DNA of 64,000 nt from Chloroflexota bacterium (GCA_003141455.1 PLMA01000067.1:17340-81339); one strand, 5' to 3'. Counted from the stretch's first letter, positions 41,214-51,194 are shown. The notes: generated from the letters alone by a model not told the origin. Translations and numbers: made by a program.

Positions 41214-41714
41214 CTACTCCTGACAGCCCTGGCAGCGACCGGCAATCGTCACGTGTGTCAGGTCCACGGAAAACCCCAGGTCGGCCGCCAGAGCATCCAC
41301 GATCAAGGCTCCGGTCTCCGGCCTGATCTCCCACGTGGCGCCGCAGCCAACGCAGTGGAGATGGCCGTGAACGTGTTCAGGGAGAACGTGGTACTCCTCG
41401 CGGCCGTCCGCGGCGTGTCCATGCCTGACCAGACCGAGGTTCTCCAGAACGTCGAGCGTCCGATACACGGTTGAGGGAGTGGTGGTTCTATCCAGCTCCC
41501 GACAGCGAGCGATCAGATCGGTCGCGGTGACGTGGCCCTCGTGCTCGCGCAGAACCTCGACGAGGGTCCGCCGCTGGGGAGTCCAGCGCAGCCCGCTGGC
41601 GCGCAGCCGATCGGCGACGCCGTCCCATGGGCTTGCGACGGAGCCTCGCGCAGGATTTGGTGAGTCGGGCTGTGGCAGCGTGCGGTCCTCGTTGCTCGCT
41701 CGATTGTGGCGCAT
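41214..41714 (-). CDS. Fur-family metalloregulator (Nur/Zur/Fur type)
   Basis: On the minus strand: LRWTPQRRTLVEVL DNA-binding helix, HGH…H…HCVGCG…CQGCQ metal sites. Transcribed divergently from the nikMN/cbiMN operon. Confidence 0.85.
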   Translation of the reverse strand: MRHNRASNEDRTLPQPDSPNPARGSVASPWDGVADRLRASGLRWTPQRRTLVEVLREHEGHVTATDLIARCRELDRTTTPSTVYRTLDVLENLGLVRHGHAADGREEYHVLPEHVHGHLHCVGCGATWEIRPETGALIVDALAADLGFSVDLTHVTIAGRCQGCQE

Positions 41715-41799
41715 TGCCGATGCGCCTTAGAATAGGGTCGTAGCGCAACGCGTTGCAATAGCCACGAGTCTCGACAGGCGCAACGGAGGAAGCGGACCA

Positions 41800-43083
41800 G
41801 TGCACATCCCCGATGGCTATCTGGCGCCCGCAGTCTCGATTGCCCTCGCCGTGCCTACGATCCCCATGTGGGCCATCGCCACACAGAGAGTCAAGAAGGT
41901 ACTGAACAACCGGACCGTGCCGCTCCTGGCCATCTTCTCCGCCTTGAGCTTCACGATCATGATGTTCAACATCCCCGTCCCGGGCGGCACGACGGCTCAC
42001 GGAGTAGGGGGGACGCTGATCGCGGTCGTTCTGGGCCCATGGGCCGCGGCCATCGCTGTGAGCACGGCGCTGATACTCCAGGCTCTCTTCTTTGGCGACG
42101 GTGGTGTCCTGGCGATCTTCGCCAACTGCCTGAATATGGGAATCATCTTGCCCTTCGTGGGCTACGTCACCTACAGATTGCTCGCGGCCGGATCACCCGT
42201 GCTATCGACCCGCCGGGCTGTCGCCGCCGGGATCGGCGCTTACGTCGGGATCACCACCGCTGCTCTCGCTGTCGGCATCGAGCTTGGCATCGAACCGGCG
42301 CTCTTCTCGCAGAACGGTCACGCTCTCTACAGCCCGTACGGTCTCTCCGAGGCGATACCGGCGATGCTGGCGGCTCACGTCTTCGGCGCCTCGATCGTCG
42401 AGGGTCTGATCACGGGGCTGGGAGTCTCCTACCTCCAGCGCCGCCATCCGGAGTACCTGACGAGCCTGCGCGGCATCTTCGCCCCGGACGCGGCCACTGA
42501 AGGGACCGCGGCGCGTCGCCCGCTGTGGCAGGTCGTGACGGCCGCGGCAGCCGTCGCCGCGGCCCTGCTTGCGATCGTGGGTCTGGTGGAGGGTGGGGGC
42601 AATCCGAATCGGATGTTCGGCGCCGATTGGTCTCGGGTCGACTGGCCGTCCGTTGCGACGATGCTCCTCGTGACCGCCGTCATCGGCATTGTGCTCGTCC
42701 CGGCGGCATACCTCGTGTTGCCCCGCGGTCTGAAACGAATCGGCGCGGCCTTCACGGCGATTGCGGTGATAGCGCCGATCGGGCTCATCGCCCCAGGCTT
42801 CGCGTATGGGGAGGGGAGCACGGGGAACGTGAAGGCGGCGTTCGGTTATGTCCCGTCGGGGCTGCAGGATCTGTCAGGCATCTTCGGCGCGCCTCTGTCG
42901 GGCTACAACTTGCCCCTGCCGTTCTTCTCACACGCCAGCGCGCCGCTCTGGCATGCGGCGGTCGGCTATGAGATATCCGGCATCCTCGGCGTGCTGCTCG
43001 TGGGCGGAGCGGTCTACGTCCTGGCCCGCGCCCTGCGACGAAACGGATCTGCTGACACGGCCCCGGAGGGAGTCGGAGCATGA
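41800..43083 (+). CDS. cbiM: ECF-transporter substrate component CbiM/NikM fused to a NikN/PDGLE-like C-terminal module
   Basis: Hallmark N-terminus MHIPDGYL (GTG start) and the CbiM/NikM helices. The protein is 427 aa, with an extra C-terminal membrane module containing …AFGYVPSGLQD… (PDGLE-like). Confidence 0.82.
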   Translation: MHIPDGYLAPAVSIALAVPTIPMWAIATQRVKKVLNNRTVPLLAIFSALSFTIMMFNIPVPGGTTAHGVGGTLIAVVLGPWAAAIAVSTALILQALFFGDGGVLAIFANCLNMGIILPFVGYVTYRLLAAGSPVLSTRRAVAAGIGAYVGITTAALAVGIELGIEPALFSQNGHALYSPYGLSEAIPAMLAAHVFGASIVEGLITGLGVSYLQRRHPEYLTSLRGIFAPDAATEGTAARRPLWQVVTAAAAVAAALLAIVGLVEGGGNPNRMFGADWSRVDWPSVATMLLVTAVIGIVLVPAAYLVLPRGLKRIGAAFTAIAVIAPIGLIAPGFAYGEGSTGNVKAAFGYVPSGLQDLSGIFGAPLSGYNLPLPFFSHASAPLWHAAVGYEISGILGVLLVGGAVYVLARALRRNGSADTAPEGVGA

Positions 43084-43105
43084 CCGGGCGCAAGAGGGAC
43101 AGGTC

Positions 43106-43981
43106 ATGACCACGGCCGCGCCCGCCGTCGGTAGGGGCCGGCGTCTCGAAGGGCGGATCGGCTGGCTCGAGCAGACGCTGGGCGGCATCACCGGCAACAT
43201 CGAGCAAGCGATCTTCACCGAGCACCACGCCAGATCCGCCGGCTGGCTGCAGCGGCGCGACCCGCGGGCGAAGATGATCGGCCTGCTGGTGGCGATCCTG
43301 GCGGCCAGCTTGACCACCTCGCTTGCCGGTCTGGCGATCCTCTATGCGGGCACTCTGGGCGCGGCGCGGGCCAGCCGGGTTCCGTTCGGCTTCTTCGTGA
43401 AGCGCGTCTGGCTCGGCATCCCGTTCTTCGCCGGAATCGTGGTGCTGCCGGCCATCTTCTTCGTCCCCGGCCCGCGGGTCTTCGATCTGGCCCTCGGACC
43501 GGCCCATCTGGCGCCTTCGTGGAACGGACTGGCAGGAGCGTTCATCTTCGTCAGCCGTGTCGGCGTCTCGGTCTCGCTGGCCGTGCTCCTGGTGGTGACC
43601 ACGCCCTGGGCCGACGTCCTCAAGAGCCTGCGGGCGCTCAAGGTGCCGCAGGTCTTCGTGCTCGTGTTGTCGATGACCTACCGCTACATCTTCCTCTTCC
43701 TGCACACGGCCAACGGGATCCTCCTGGCGCGCAAGAGCCGCGTCGTGGGCCGGACGAGCGGTGGGGAGCAGCGGCGCTGGATAACCGGCACCATGGGCAA
43801 CCTGATGAGCCGGGCATTCAAGATGAGCAATGACGTTTACGCCGCGATGCTCTCGCGTGGCTTCGCGGGCGAGATCCGGAGCTACGCCACGTACCGGCTC
43901 CGCGCCTCGGACGTGGCGGCGCTGGGGGGAGTGGCCGTCGTCGCCGCGGCCGCGGTGCTGGTCGGGCGGCTGCTGCCATGA
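43106..43981 (+). CDS. cbiQ: ECF-transporter T component CbiQ
   Basis: RDPRAKMIGLLVAILAA… CbiQ family N-terminus and 5–6 TM helices. ATG at 43106 inferred; the track ORF from 42848 overlaps cbiM out of context. Confidence 0.8.
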   Translation: MTTAAPAVGRGRRLEGRIGWLEQTLGGITGNIEQAIFTEHHARSAGWLQRRDPRAKMIGLLVAILAASLTTSLAGLAILYAGTLGAARASRVPFGFFVKRVWLGIPFFAGIVVLPAIFFVPGPRVFDLALGPAHLAPSWNGLAGAFIFVSRVGVSVSLAVLLVVTTPWADVLKSLRALKVPQVFVLVLSMTYRYIFLFLHTANGILLARKSRVVGRTSGGEQRRWITGTMGNLMSRAFKMSNDVYAAMLSRGFAGEIRSYATYRLRASDVAALGGVAVVAAAAVLVGRLLP

Positions 43982-44844
43982 CCGCCGGACTCCAACCTGC
44001 TGTCGCCGCGGGCCCGGTTGGGCCGGGCGAGCCACTCTACGACCTGCGCGGCGTCCGGTATGTCTACGCCGGTCGGCAGGTGGCGCTCGATGGCATCGAC
44101 CTCCAGATATGGCCCGGAGAGAGAGTCGTCCTGCTCGGGGCGAACGGCAGTGGGAAGTCGACGTTGCTCAAGCTGCTGGACGGGGTCGTGGGCCCAACCG
44201 GCGGAACCATGCGGGCTCTCGGTCGAGACGTGGCCGCCGTCGCCCAGGGCGAGGATGGCTTCCGCTTCCATCGCGAAGTGGGCCTCGTGTTCCAGGACCC
44301 GGACATCCAGCTGTTCAGCGCAACTGTGCTTGACGACGTGGCTTTCGGCCCGCTCCAGCTCGGCTTGAGCCAGGAAGAGGTCAAGCAGCGCTGCGAGGAA
44401 GCCCTGGCCGCGATGGAGATCGCGCATCTCGCCGATCGAGCCCCGTTCGAGCTGTCCGGGGGCGAGAAGAAGCGGGCGTCGATCGCGTCGGTGCTATCGC
44501 TGCGTCCGGATGTACTCCTCCTGGACGAGCCCACGGCCTCGCTGGATCCGCGGACCAAGTGGCTTCTGGTGGACTTGATCCAGCGTTTGTCGGCGTCCGG
44601 GCGGACCCTTGTCGTCGCCACGCACGAGCTCGACATCGTGCCGATCATCGCGGACAGAGTCGTGGTCCTCGGAGAGGATCGACGAATCATCGCCGACGGA
44701 CCTCCAGCAACGGTACTGGCCGATACGGCTCTGCTCGTGCGGGCGAACCTCATCCACGAGCATCTCCACGGCCACGGGGCAGTGGCCCACTCGCACCCGC
44801 ACGAGGCGGACGACACGCATCACGGCGCAGATCGCGAGGCGTAA
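43978..44844 (+). CDS. cbiO: ECF-transporter ATPase CbiO with His-rich C-terminal tail
   Basis: Walker A GANGSGKSTLLKLL, signature LSGGEKKRASIA, Walker B LLLDEPTASLD. C-tail HEHLHGHGAVAHSHPHEADDTHHG. Overlaps the cbiQ stop. Confidence 0.88.
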   Translation: MTAGLQPAVAAGPVGPGEPLYDLRGVRYVYAGRQVALDGIDLQIWPGERVVLLGANGSGKSTLLKLLDGVVGPTGGTMRALGRDVAAVAQGEDGFRFHREVGLVFQDPDIQLFSATVLDDVAFGPLQLGLSQEEVKQRCEEALAAMEIAHLADRAPFELSGGEKKRASIASVLSLRPDVLLLDEPTASLDPRTKWLLVDLIQRLSASGRTLVVATHELDIVPIIADRVVVLGEDRRIIADGPPATVLADTALLVRANLIHEHLHGHGAVAHSHPHEADDTHHGADREA

Positions 44845-44985
44845 GCGCCGCTTTGGCTGATGTCCTCTCGAGCGGCAGCGGCCGGAACGACTGACTCGAC
44901 CCATCGGTCGCGCCTCGGACGCACCCAGGACCCTTGCGCACAGGACCCTACCGAGGCGACTGAGACGCGCCACAATTGACCGGCT

Positions 44986-47676
44986 ATGGAGAGCCCCCAC
45001 TCCGGGCACGATTCCCGTCGATCTGAGCACGGACGGGCGCACCAAGGCGAAGCCAACCGTGCGGCCGAAGCTCTGTCTCTCAGCCGCGACTTGCTCGACG
45101 GCGAGGCCGAAATGGCCGCGCGCCAGCGCGTCTTCGACCAGGTTCTGGCCTCGGTGGAGCTCGTCCTGGCCACCGACGGAGCGGCATTCTGGCGCGAGGA
45201 GGCCGACCACTCGCTCGTTCTGACGGCGAGCCGGTTCGTCTCGGAGGGCGTACTCGAGGTGCTGGATCGCCACGCGACCATGCCCCTCCAGTCGATCATG
45301 CAGCGCTGGCCGGAGACCCCGCTCGTCGCGGTGCCGCTCGACGATCTGGCCAACCCGATAACCGAGGAGATTCGGTCCGTCACGGAAGCCGAGGAGATCG
45401 TCGGGCTGGCGGGCGTCCCGTGCCGCATCCCCGGTGAGATGCTCGGGATGCTGATCGTGATCCATCGCAGGCCCCACTCCTGGACGGCCCGCGACATTGG
45501 CCTGGCCACCGGCCTGGCCGGCCAGCTGGCCTTGGCATTGCAGAACGCACGCCTCTACGCCTCCGTGAGATCGCTGGCCAATCGGTTGACGGCGATCCAC
45601 GAACTGAGCTTGAGGTTGACTCAGCTCCGGGACGTCGACGCCATCGGCCGAGCGATCGTGGCCGAGGTAGGTCTCCTGGTCGACTGCGACACGGTCCGTG
45701 TCTATCGACTCGATTCCCAGGGCCAATTCTTCAGGCCCGTGGCCGCGTCGGGGACCTTCGCCGGCATCGAGTCGCCGCCGCTCGAAACCCTGATGGCCGG
45801 TCAGACCGAGACACTGCCGGGCTGGGTCGCGAAGCGCAACGAGCCGTTGATCATCCCCGACGCTTCCGTGGAACGGCGCTCCATATTTCGCTCGAGCCCA
45901 GGTCCTGAATCGTTGCTGCTTGTGCCGATGTCTTACGGCGATACCGTCCAGGGGGTCCTGGTCGTTTCCAAGCAGGGCGTCGGCAAGTACGGCTCCGACG
46001 ACGAACGCGCCCTCTCGATCTTCGGGCGGTACGCGGCGCAGGCGATGGTCAACGCCGACAACATCGAGCAGCTGGAACATCAGCACGCCTTGCTCGAGCG
46101 CCAACTTGCCGCCCAGCGAAGACTCCTCGACCTCAGCGAGAAGTTGGTCTCGACCTTGGATCCGCGCAGAGTCCTGGAGCAGATTGCGGACACGATCGGG
46201 ATGGTCGTCCGCTACGACCGTCTGACGATCTACCGCCTTGAGAGTCAGGCCGGCGGGATCGAACCGGTCCTGTCCCGGGCGAAGTCGGGCGAAATCGCCG
46301 ATCCAACGCCGGACCGCGCCTTCTTCGACGAAGGACTCACGAGTTGGGTCATTGGGCGCGGCGACGCCGTCTGCGCCAACGATGTGGGCCAGGGCGCCCT
46401 GGCCGTCGGGCTCGACAACGCGGTTCGGGCCGGGCCGGCCTCTGAGGAATCTGTTCTGGCGGCCGGCCGCCGAGCCGACCAGGACGAGCGGATCACGCAG
46501 AACATGATCGTGGTCCCGCTAAGGGTCCACGGCAACGTGGTCGGCAGCCTGAACCTGACGCGGGTCGGCCGTCAGGAGGCCCACTTCAGCGAGCACGAGT
46601 TCGAGCTCTGCAAGCTGTTCGCCGGCCAGGCGTCGATCGCCCTGCAGAACGCCGAGGCCCACGTCACCATGGCCACCCGAGCCGACCTGGACGCTCTGAC
46701 CGGACTGCGGAACCACGGCACGTTCCAGCGCGACCTCACGTCGGTAATCCAAGCGGGCAAGCCGTTCTCCTTACTGATGATGGATCTTGACTCGTTCAAG
46801 GCCTTCAACGACGCCTATGGCCATCCCGCCGGAGACACGCTGCTGGCGGCGGTGGCAAAAGCGATCGTCAGTGCCATTCGCCAGAACGACAGTGCGTATC
46901 GTTACGGCGGCGACGAGTTCGCTCTGCTCCTCATCGGGGCATCCAGCGACCACGTCGAGGAGGTGGCGGCCCGTGTCCGCGTGGCCGTTCGCGAAGGCGT
47001 CATGGCCTCGCCAGTCGGCGGCATGGGGCTCGACGTCGGCGTATCCATTGGGGCCGCCCACTGGCCGGCCGATGGGCCGGGGAACACCGCACTCGTGGAG
47101 GCGGCCGACGCGGCCCTGTACAGAGCGAAGCGGCTTCGGAGCGACCCGTTCGCAGCCGGGGCCGCGGCCGCGGAGCCCGCTCGTTCGGCCCGCTCCGCGT
47201 CCGACGCCCTGGTGGAGGCCGCCCATGATCTGGCTGGGGCAGCGACACCCAGCGAGGTAGCCCAGATGACTGCCCGCCACGCGGCCACGTTCTGCGGGGC
47301 TACCGACGCGTTCGTGGCCTACCTGCAGCCCGAGCCGGCCGCGGCCGTGCCAAGTCCGGCCTCTCGGCGGCCTTCAGCCGAGACATCGAAGCCACGGCTG
47401 CGGATTCTGGCCGCATCCGGACGATTCAAACGGCGCGCCCCCACACTCCGCTCCGACGGCGGCTTCTGGCGGCGCGTTCTCGACGCGGGCTCGCTCCAGG
47501 AGGACGCAGGCCCAGAGGTCTGTCTTGTCGGAGCGCCGCTGTGCGTCGTTGGCAGCGTCGCGGGATTAGTCGGCCTCGTCGTTCCGGCGGCGGCGTCCGC
47601 AAGTTGCAGGACAGCCTTGGGTCAGCTGACGGCAGTCGCGTCGGCGGCCCTGGAGCGCGCGAGCCGGCCCGCGTAG
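44986..47676 (+). CDS. multi-GAF sensor diguanylate cyclase (GGDEF)
   Basis: Several GAF-like segments followed by GGDEF (RADLDALTGLRNHGTFQ…MMDLDSFKAFNDAYGHPAGD…YRYGGDEFALLL) and a further C-terminal region of about 180 aa. Confidence 0.85.
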   Translation: MESPHSGHDSRRSEHGRAHQGEANRAAEALSLSRDLLDGEAEMAARQRVFDQVLASVELVLATDGAAFWREEADHSLVLTASRFVSEGVLEVLDRHATMPLQSIMQRWPETPLVAVPLDDLANPITEEIRSVTEAEEIVGLAGVPCRIPGEMLGMLIVIHRRPHSWTARDIGLATGLAGQLALALQNARLYASVRSLANRLTAIHELSLRLTQLRDVDAIGRAIVAEVGLLVDCDTVRVYRLDSQGQFFRPVAASGTFAGIESPPLETLMAGQTETLPGWVAKRNEPLIIPDASVERRSIFRSSPGPESLLLVPMSYGDTVQGVLVVSKQGVGKYGSDDERALSIFGRYAAQAMVNADNIEQLEHQHALLERQLAAQRRLLDLSEKLVSTLDPRRVLEQIADTIGMVVRYDRLTIYRLESQAGGIEPVLSRAKSGEIADPTPDRAFFDEGLTSWVIGRGDAVCANDVGQGALAVGLDNAVRAGPASEESVLAAGRRADQDERITQNMIVVPLRVHGNVVGSLNLTRVGRQEAHFSEHEFELCKLFAGQASIALQNAEAHVTMATRADLDALTGLRNHGTFQRDLTSVIQAGKPFSLLMMDLDSFKAFNDAYGHPAGDTLLAAVAKAIVSAIRQNDSAYRYGGDEFALLLIGASSDHVEEVAARVRVAVREGVMASPVGGMGLDVGVSIGAAHWPADGPGNTALVEAADAALYRAKRLRSDPFAAGAAAAEPARSARSASDALVEAAHDLAGAATPSEVAQMTARHAATFCGATDAFVAYLQPEPAAAVPSPASRRPSAETSKPRLRILAASGRFKRRAPTLRSDGGFWRRVLDAGSLQEDAGPEVCLVGAPLCVVGSVAGLVGLVVPAAASASCRTALGQLTAVASAALERASRPA

Positions 47677-47779
47677 GCGAACGCGGGGTCGCCCCTCCCG
47701 TGTCTGCGGCCGGACGAACCTATACTCCCGCCATGTCAGGCCTGACCCTCGATCTGGTCGCGTCGCCGCGGATCGCTGC

Positions 47780-49405
47780 GTGATGTACGCGCGTCCATGG
47801 CCCGTGCCCGCCGGGTCGCGCAACGACAGGCTGGGCCGTCTCGTCCTCGCCTCCGCAACCGCCGTGCTGGCGGTCATCGTGATCGTCGGGATGGCCTGGC
47901 ACCCCTCGACTGCAGTTGCCGCTCGCAACAGCGTCTCTATCCTGGGCCCCGCCGCCGCCTCACTGGATCCGGCAGTCCAATCCGACGCGGGCAGCGCTCA
48001 GGTGGTGGCGCAGCTGTTCGAGTCGCTGACGGCCGTCGACTCGAACCAGCACCTGCAACCGGCGCTGGCTGCCAGCTGGGAGACGCAGGCGGACGGGAAG
48101 CGCGTGGTCTTCCATCTGAGGCCCGGCCTGACGTTCTCGGATGGCACAGCTCTCACTGCCGATGACGTCGTCAAGAGCTGGATGCGGGTCCTCGCGCCGG
48201 CCAATCCGAGTCAGCTGGCATCGCTCCTCGATGACGTCGTCGGCGCCCGAGCGTATCGAGAGGGGAGCGGGCCCTCGTCATCCGTCGGCATCAGCGCACC
48301 GAGCTCCACACAGGTCCAGGTTGACCTGACGAACCCCGCGGCCGACTTCGCGGCGATCGCCTCCAGCCCCACTCTGGCAGTGGTTCCACCTGATCTGGAC
48401 TCGAAGTCGAGCCTCCTGAAGCCCGGCAGCTTCGTCGGAAGCGGCGCGTACGTCCTCAGCGGCCTCTCAGACACCGAAACCACACTTGCGGCCAACCCCC
48501 ACTACTGGGCGGGCAAGCCAACGATCGGCATCGTCCACCTTCTCAGCTCTACGGGTGGCAAGAGCTCGGTGGACATGTTCCAGACCGGCGATCTCGACTA
48601 CACGCCTATCTCCAGCGGGGACGCCACCTGGGTCGCCTACGACAAGACGCTCGGCCCGTCGCTTCGCATCGAGCCGTCGCCCTCAGTCGAGTTCTACGGC
48701 TTCAACACCACCAAGGCACCCTTCAACGACGTTCACGTGCGCCGAGCCTTTGCGCTCGGCATTGACTGGAACCGCATCGTGGCTCTGCTCTCGAATCCCC
48801 TCACCGTGCCGGCCACCGGCATGGTGCCCGACGGCGTGCCGGGCCACAGCGCCACGGACTTCGGGCCCAAGCTGGATCTGGTCAAGGCCAAGTCCGAGCT
48901 TGCGGCGGCCGGCTATCCCAACGGCGCAGGCTTCCCGAGAGTCACTCTGGTGACCGGCGGCGGCAGTGTGGACGGCGCGATCGTACGTCAGCTCCACGAC
49001 AATCTGGGCATCGACATCTCCTTCGAGGCACTCGACTGGGCGAGCTACAACCGGCGACTGCTCACGGATCCACCTGCCTTCTGGGAGATGGATTGGGTTG
49101 CCGACTACCCGGGCGGCAACGATTTCCTGGGGCTTCTTCTCGGTTCCGGCCAGACCAACAACTTCGGCCGGTGGACGAACGCCGATTTCGATGCGGCCGT
49201 CTCGCGAGCCGGGTCGGCCACCGACGCCGCGTCGATGCAGCAGGCACTCGATCAGGCTCAGGCGATCGTTGCGGATCAGGCGCCGGTGATCCCGGTTGAC
49301 TACGGAGCCGGATACTCTCTCGCGGCCGAGGGTCTGCTGGGCGCATTCCCGAACAGCCAGGGCCTGGTGCGATACGCGGGCCTGGCGTGGGCTTCGGGGT
49401 CATGA
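47780..49405 (+). CDS. ABC-type solute-binding protein, family 5 (DppA/OppA/NikA-like), membrane-anchored
   Basis: N-terminal anchor LVLASATAVLAVIVIVG, then the SBP_bac_5 core (QLFESLTAVDSNQHLQPALAASWETQADGKRVVFHLRPGLTFSDG). No permease or ATPase genes adjacent. Confidence 0.8.
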   Translation: MMYARPWPVPAGSRNDRLGRLVLASATAVLAVIVIVGMAWHPSTAVAARNSVSILGPAAASLDPAVQSDAGSAQVVAQLFESLTAVDSNQHLQPALAASWETQADGKRVVFHLRPGLTFSDGTALTADDVVKSWMRVLAPANPSQLASLLDDVVGARAYREGSGPSSSVGISAPSSTQVQVDLTNPAADFAAIASSPTLAVVPPDLDSKSSLLKPGSFVGSGAYVLSGLSDTETTLAANPHYWAGKPTIGIVHLLSSTGGKSSVDMFQTGDLDYTPISSGDATWVAYDKTLGPSLRIEPSPSVEFYGFNTTKAPFNDVHVRRAFALGIDWNRIVALLSNPLTVPATGMVPDGVPGHSATDFGPKLDLVKAKSELAAAGYPNGAGFPRVTLVTGGGSVDGAIVRQLHDNLGIDISFEALDWASYNRRLLTDPPAFWEMDWVADYPGGNDFLGLLLGSGQTNNFGRWTNADFDAAVSRAGSATDAASMQQALDQAQAIVADQAPVIPVDYGAGYSLAAEGLLGAFPNSQGLVRYAGLAWASGS

Positions 49406-50766
49406 GGCCGCTCACTCGCCGGCGGATCGTCCGCCACAGCACTGCCGTGCTCCTGTGTGCCGTCGTCGCACTGCTGATGGCTCCGGGCGTGGTTGCCGGC
49501 GCGTCTGTCTCGTTCGGCACTCCCTCGGCCAAGTCCACGTTCGGGAAAGGCATCGTCTTCACCCAGCCCTATAGCGGCGGCCGGATCGAGGAGGCGCAGA
49601 TCGTCATCGACCTGCCCGGCGATATCGGTCCCTCGGTGTCCGCGCTCCAGAGTCTGGGATCGACCGCGCTCACCTACACCTTGGACACATCCAGCGGCGA
49701 TCTGTCTCCTTTCCAGCCGCTGACGGCGCACTTCCAGGCCATTTTTTCCGACGGCACGGTCCAGGCCGGCCCGGACATTCACGTCACCTACGCCGACGAT
49801 CGGTTCACCTGGAAAGCGAAGTCCGGCAAGCTGGTCACGATCCACTGGTTCCAGGGAACTGATGCTTACGCCCAGCAACTGCTGGCATACGGCGAGCAGG
49901 GCGTCGCCAAGTCGGCCGCCTTCCTGGGCATCAATGAGACCAAGCCGGTCGACTTCTACATCTACCCGAGTCAGAGCGCCTTCCAGGCCGGCCTGAGCGT
50001 CCCTGAGACGATCGGCGGACAAACCCAGCCGACCTATCGCACCTGCTTCGCCCTCGTGGCCCCCAACGACCTCGCCTACGGCAGCACAGTCGTTCCCCAC
50101 GAGCTGACCCACATCGTCTTCAACGACATCACCGACAACCCATACCACTCGCCGCCTCGGTGGCTGAACGAAGGTCTGGCGGTCTACCTCTCCGAAGGCT
50201 ATGGCGGCGACAACCGCCAGCTGGTCTCCCGGGCGGTCAAAGACGGTAGCCTCGTTCCGCTTCCAGCCCTGGCCGGGTACTTCGCTCTCGACCAGGCTCG
50301 GATCTACCTCTCGTACGCCGAGTCCGTCTCGGCGGTGGACCTCATGGTTCGCAAGTACGGCAAGTCCGCGATCCAGAAGCTCGTCAAGACATACGGCAAC
50401 GGCGCTACCGACGACGAAGCGTTCACGGCCGCGTTCGGCATCGATACGGCCGCGTTCAACAAGGCATGGCTGGCCGACAACAGCGTCGCCGCCTCCGCCA
50501 CTTACGGCCCGCGGCCGGCCCCGACGGGCCCGATCCCGCCAGGCTGGACGGGCTCGTCGCAGACCGTCCCTCCAGTCGAACCCCCGTCGCCGAGTCCGAC
50601 CGGCTCGAGCTCGCCAGGCGGTCAAGCGAACCTGCCGACCCGGCCCGACTCGACCGCCCTGGCTGGCTTCATCGCCCTGGTGGGCCTGATCCTGCTTGGA
50701 GCCGGCATATTCCTGCATCTGCAGTCCCAGGGCGAGCGAACGCCGCAGGCCTGGCCGCCGTCTTAG
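49402..50766 (+). CDS. putative secreted/membrane-anchored zinc metallopeptidase (MA clan, Peptidase_MA_2-like)
   Basis: Signal/TM, HELTHIVFND (HEXXH) with a downstream NEGLAVYLSEGY (third ligand Glu), a Pro-rich linker and a C-terminal TM anchor. The ATG overlaps the SBP stop (ATGA). Confidence 0.65.
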   Translation: MRPLTRRRIVRHSTAVLLCAVVALLMAPGVVAGASVSFGTPSAKSTFGKGIVFTQPYSGGRIEEAQIVIDLPGDIGPSVSALQSLGSTALTYTLDTSSGDLSPFQPLTAHFQAIFSDGTVQAGPDIHVTYADDRFTWKAKSGKLVTIHWFQGTDAYAQQLLAYGEQGVAKSAAFLGINETKPVDFYIYPSQSAFQAGLSVPETIGGQTQPTYRTCFALVAPNDLAYGSTVVPHELTHIVFNDITDNPYHSPPRWLNEGLAVYLSEGYGGDNRQLVSRAVKDGSLVPLPALAGYFALDQARIYLSYAESVSAVDLMVRKYGKSAIQKLVKTYGNGATDDEAFTAAFGIDTAAFNKAWLADNSVAASATYGPRPAPTGPIPPGWTGSSQTVPPVEPPSPSPTGSSSPGGQANLPTRPDSTALAGFIALVGLILLGAGIFLHLQSQGERTPQAWPPS

Positions 50767-50915
50767 GCCCCGCGCAGGGACCGGCGCCGCGTTCCGGTCC
50801 GTTGCCGCCGGCCAACCGCCGCGGCCCAGATGCCGCGACGCGGGCCCCCGGCTCTGATAGATTGAGCGGCCTCGATGAGCAATCCGATCACGACCCATCG
50901 TCGCAGGCCGGCCTA

Positions 50916-51194
50916 GTGTCTCCGTCTGGGCCCGAGGTCGTCGAATTCAGGCTCGGTGACGTGCTGACCCTCCGGCGCGCCCATCCGTGCGGCAGCCGCG
51001 AGTGGCTCGTGGACCGGCTGGGAGCCGACATAGGGCTACGCTGCCGCGGTTGCGATCGTCACGTCATGCTGGATCGCAGGACGCTGGAACGTCGCCTCAT
51101 GGGCTTCGTGTCGCGCGGCGATCTGGCCATCAGCCATGCCGTCGCGCCTCAGGCTCGCGACGGAAGACCCGCCGGCCCGGGCACCGACCGATGA
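50916..51194 (+). CDS. DUF951-family small protein
   Basis: FRLGDVLTLRRAHPCGSREWLVDRLGADIGLRCRGCDRHVMLDRRTLERRL matches the DUF951 pattern (HPCG…W…R.GADI…C..C.…R…E) as I recall it. GTG start inferred. The upstream part of the track ORF is rejected. Confidence 0.5.
   Translation: MSPSGPEVVEFRLGDVLTLRRAHPCGSREWLVDRLGADIGLRCRGCDRHVMLDRRTLERRLMGFVSRGDLAISHAVAPQARDGRPAGPGTDR

Noticed and set aside
50466-50915. Upstream 150 aa of track ORF 50466..51194, and the 50987..51283 leader of the MFS ORF
   Set aside because: They overlap the 3' end of the peptidase gene and are low-complexity (RRRLRHLRPAAGPDGPD…). Only the C-terminal DUF951-like part and the MFS core look genuine.
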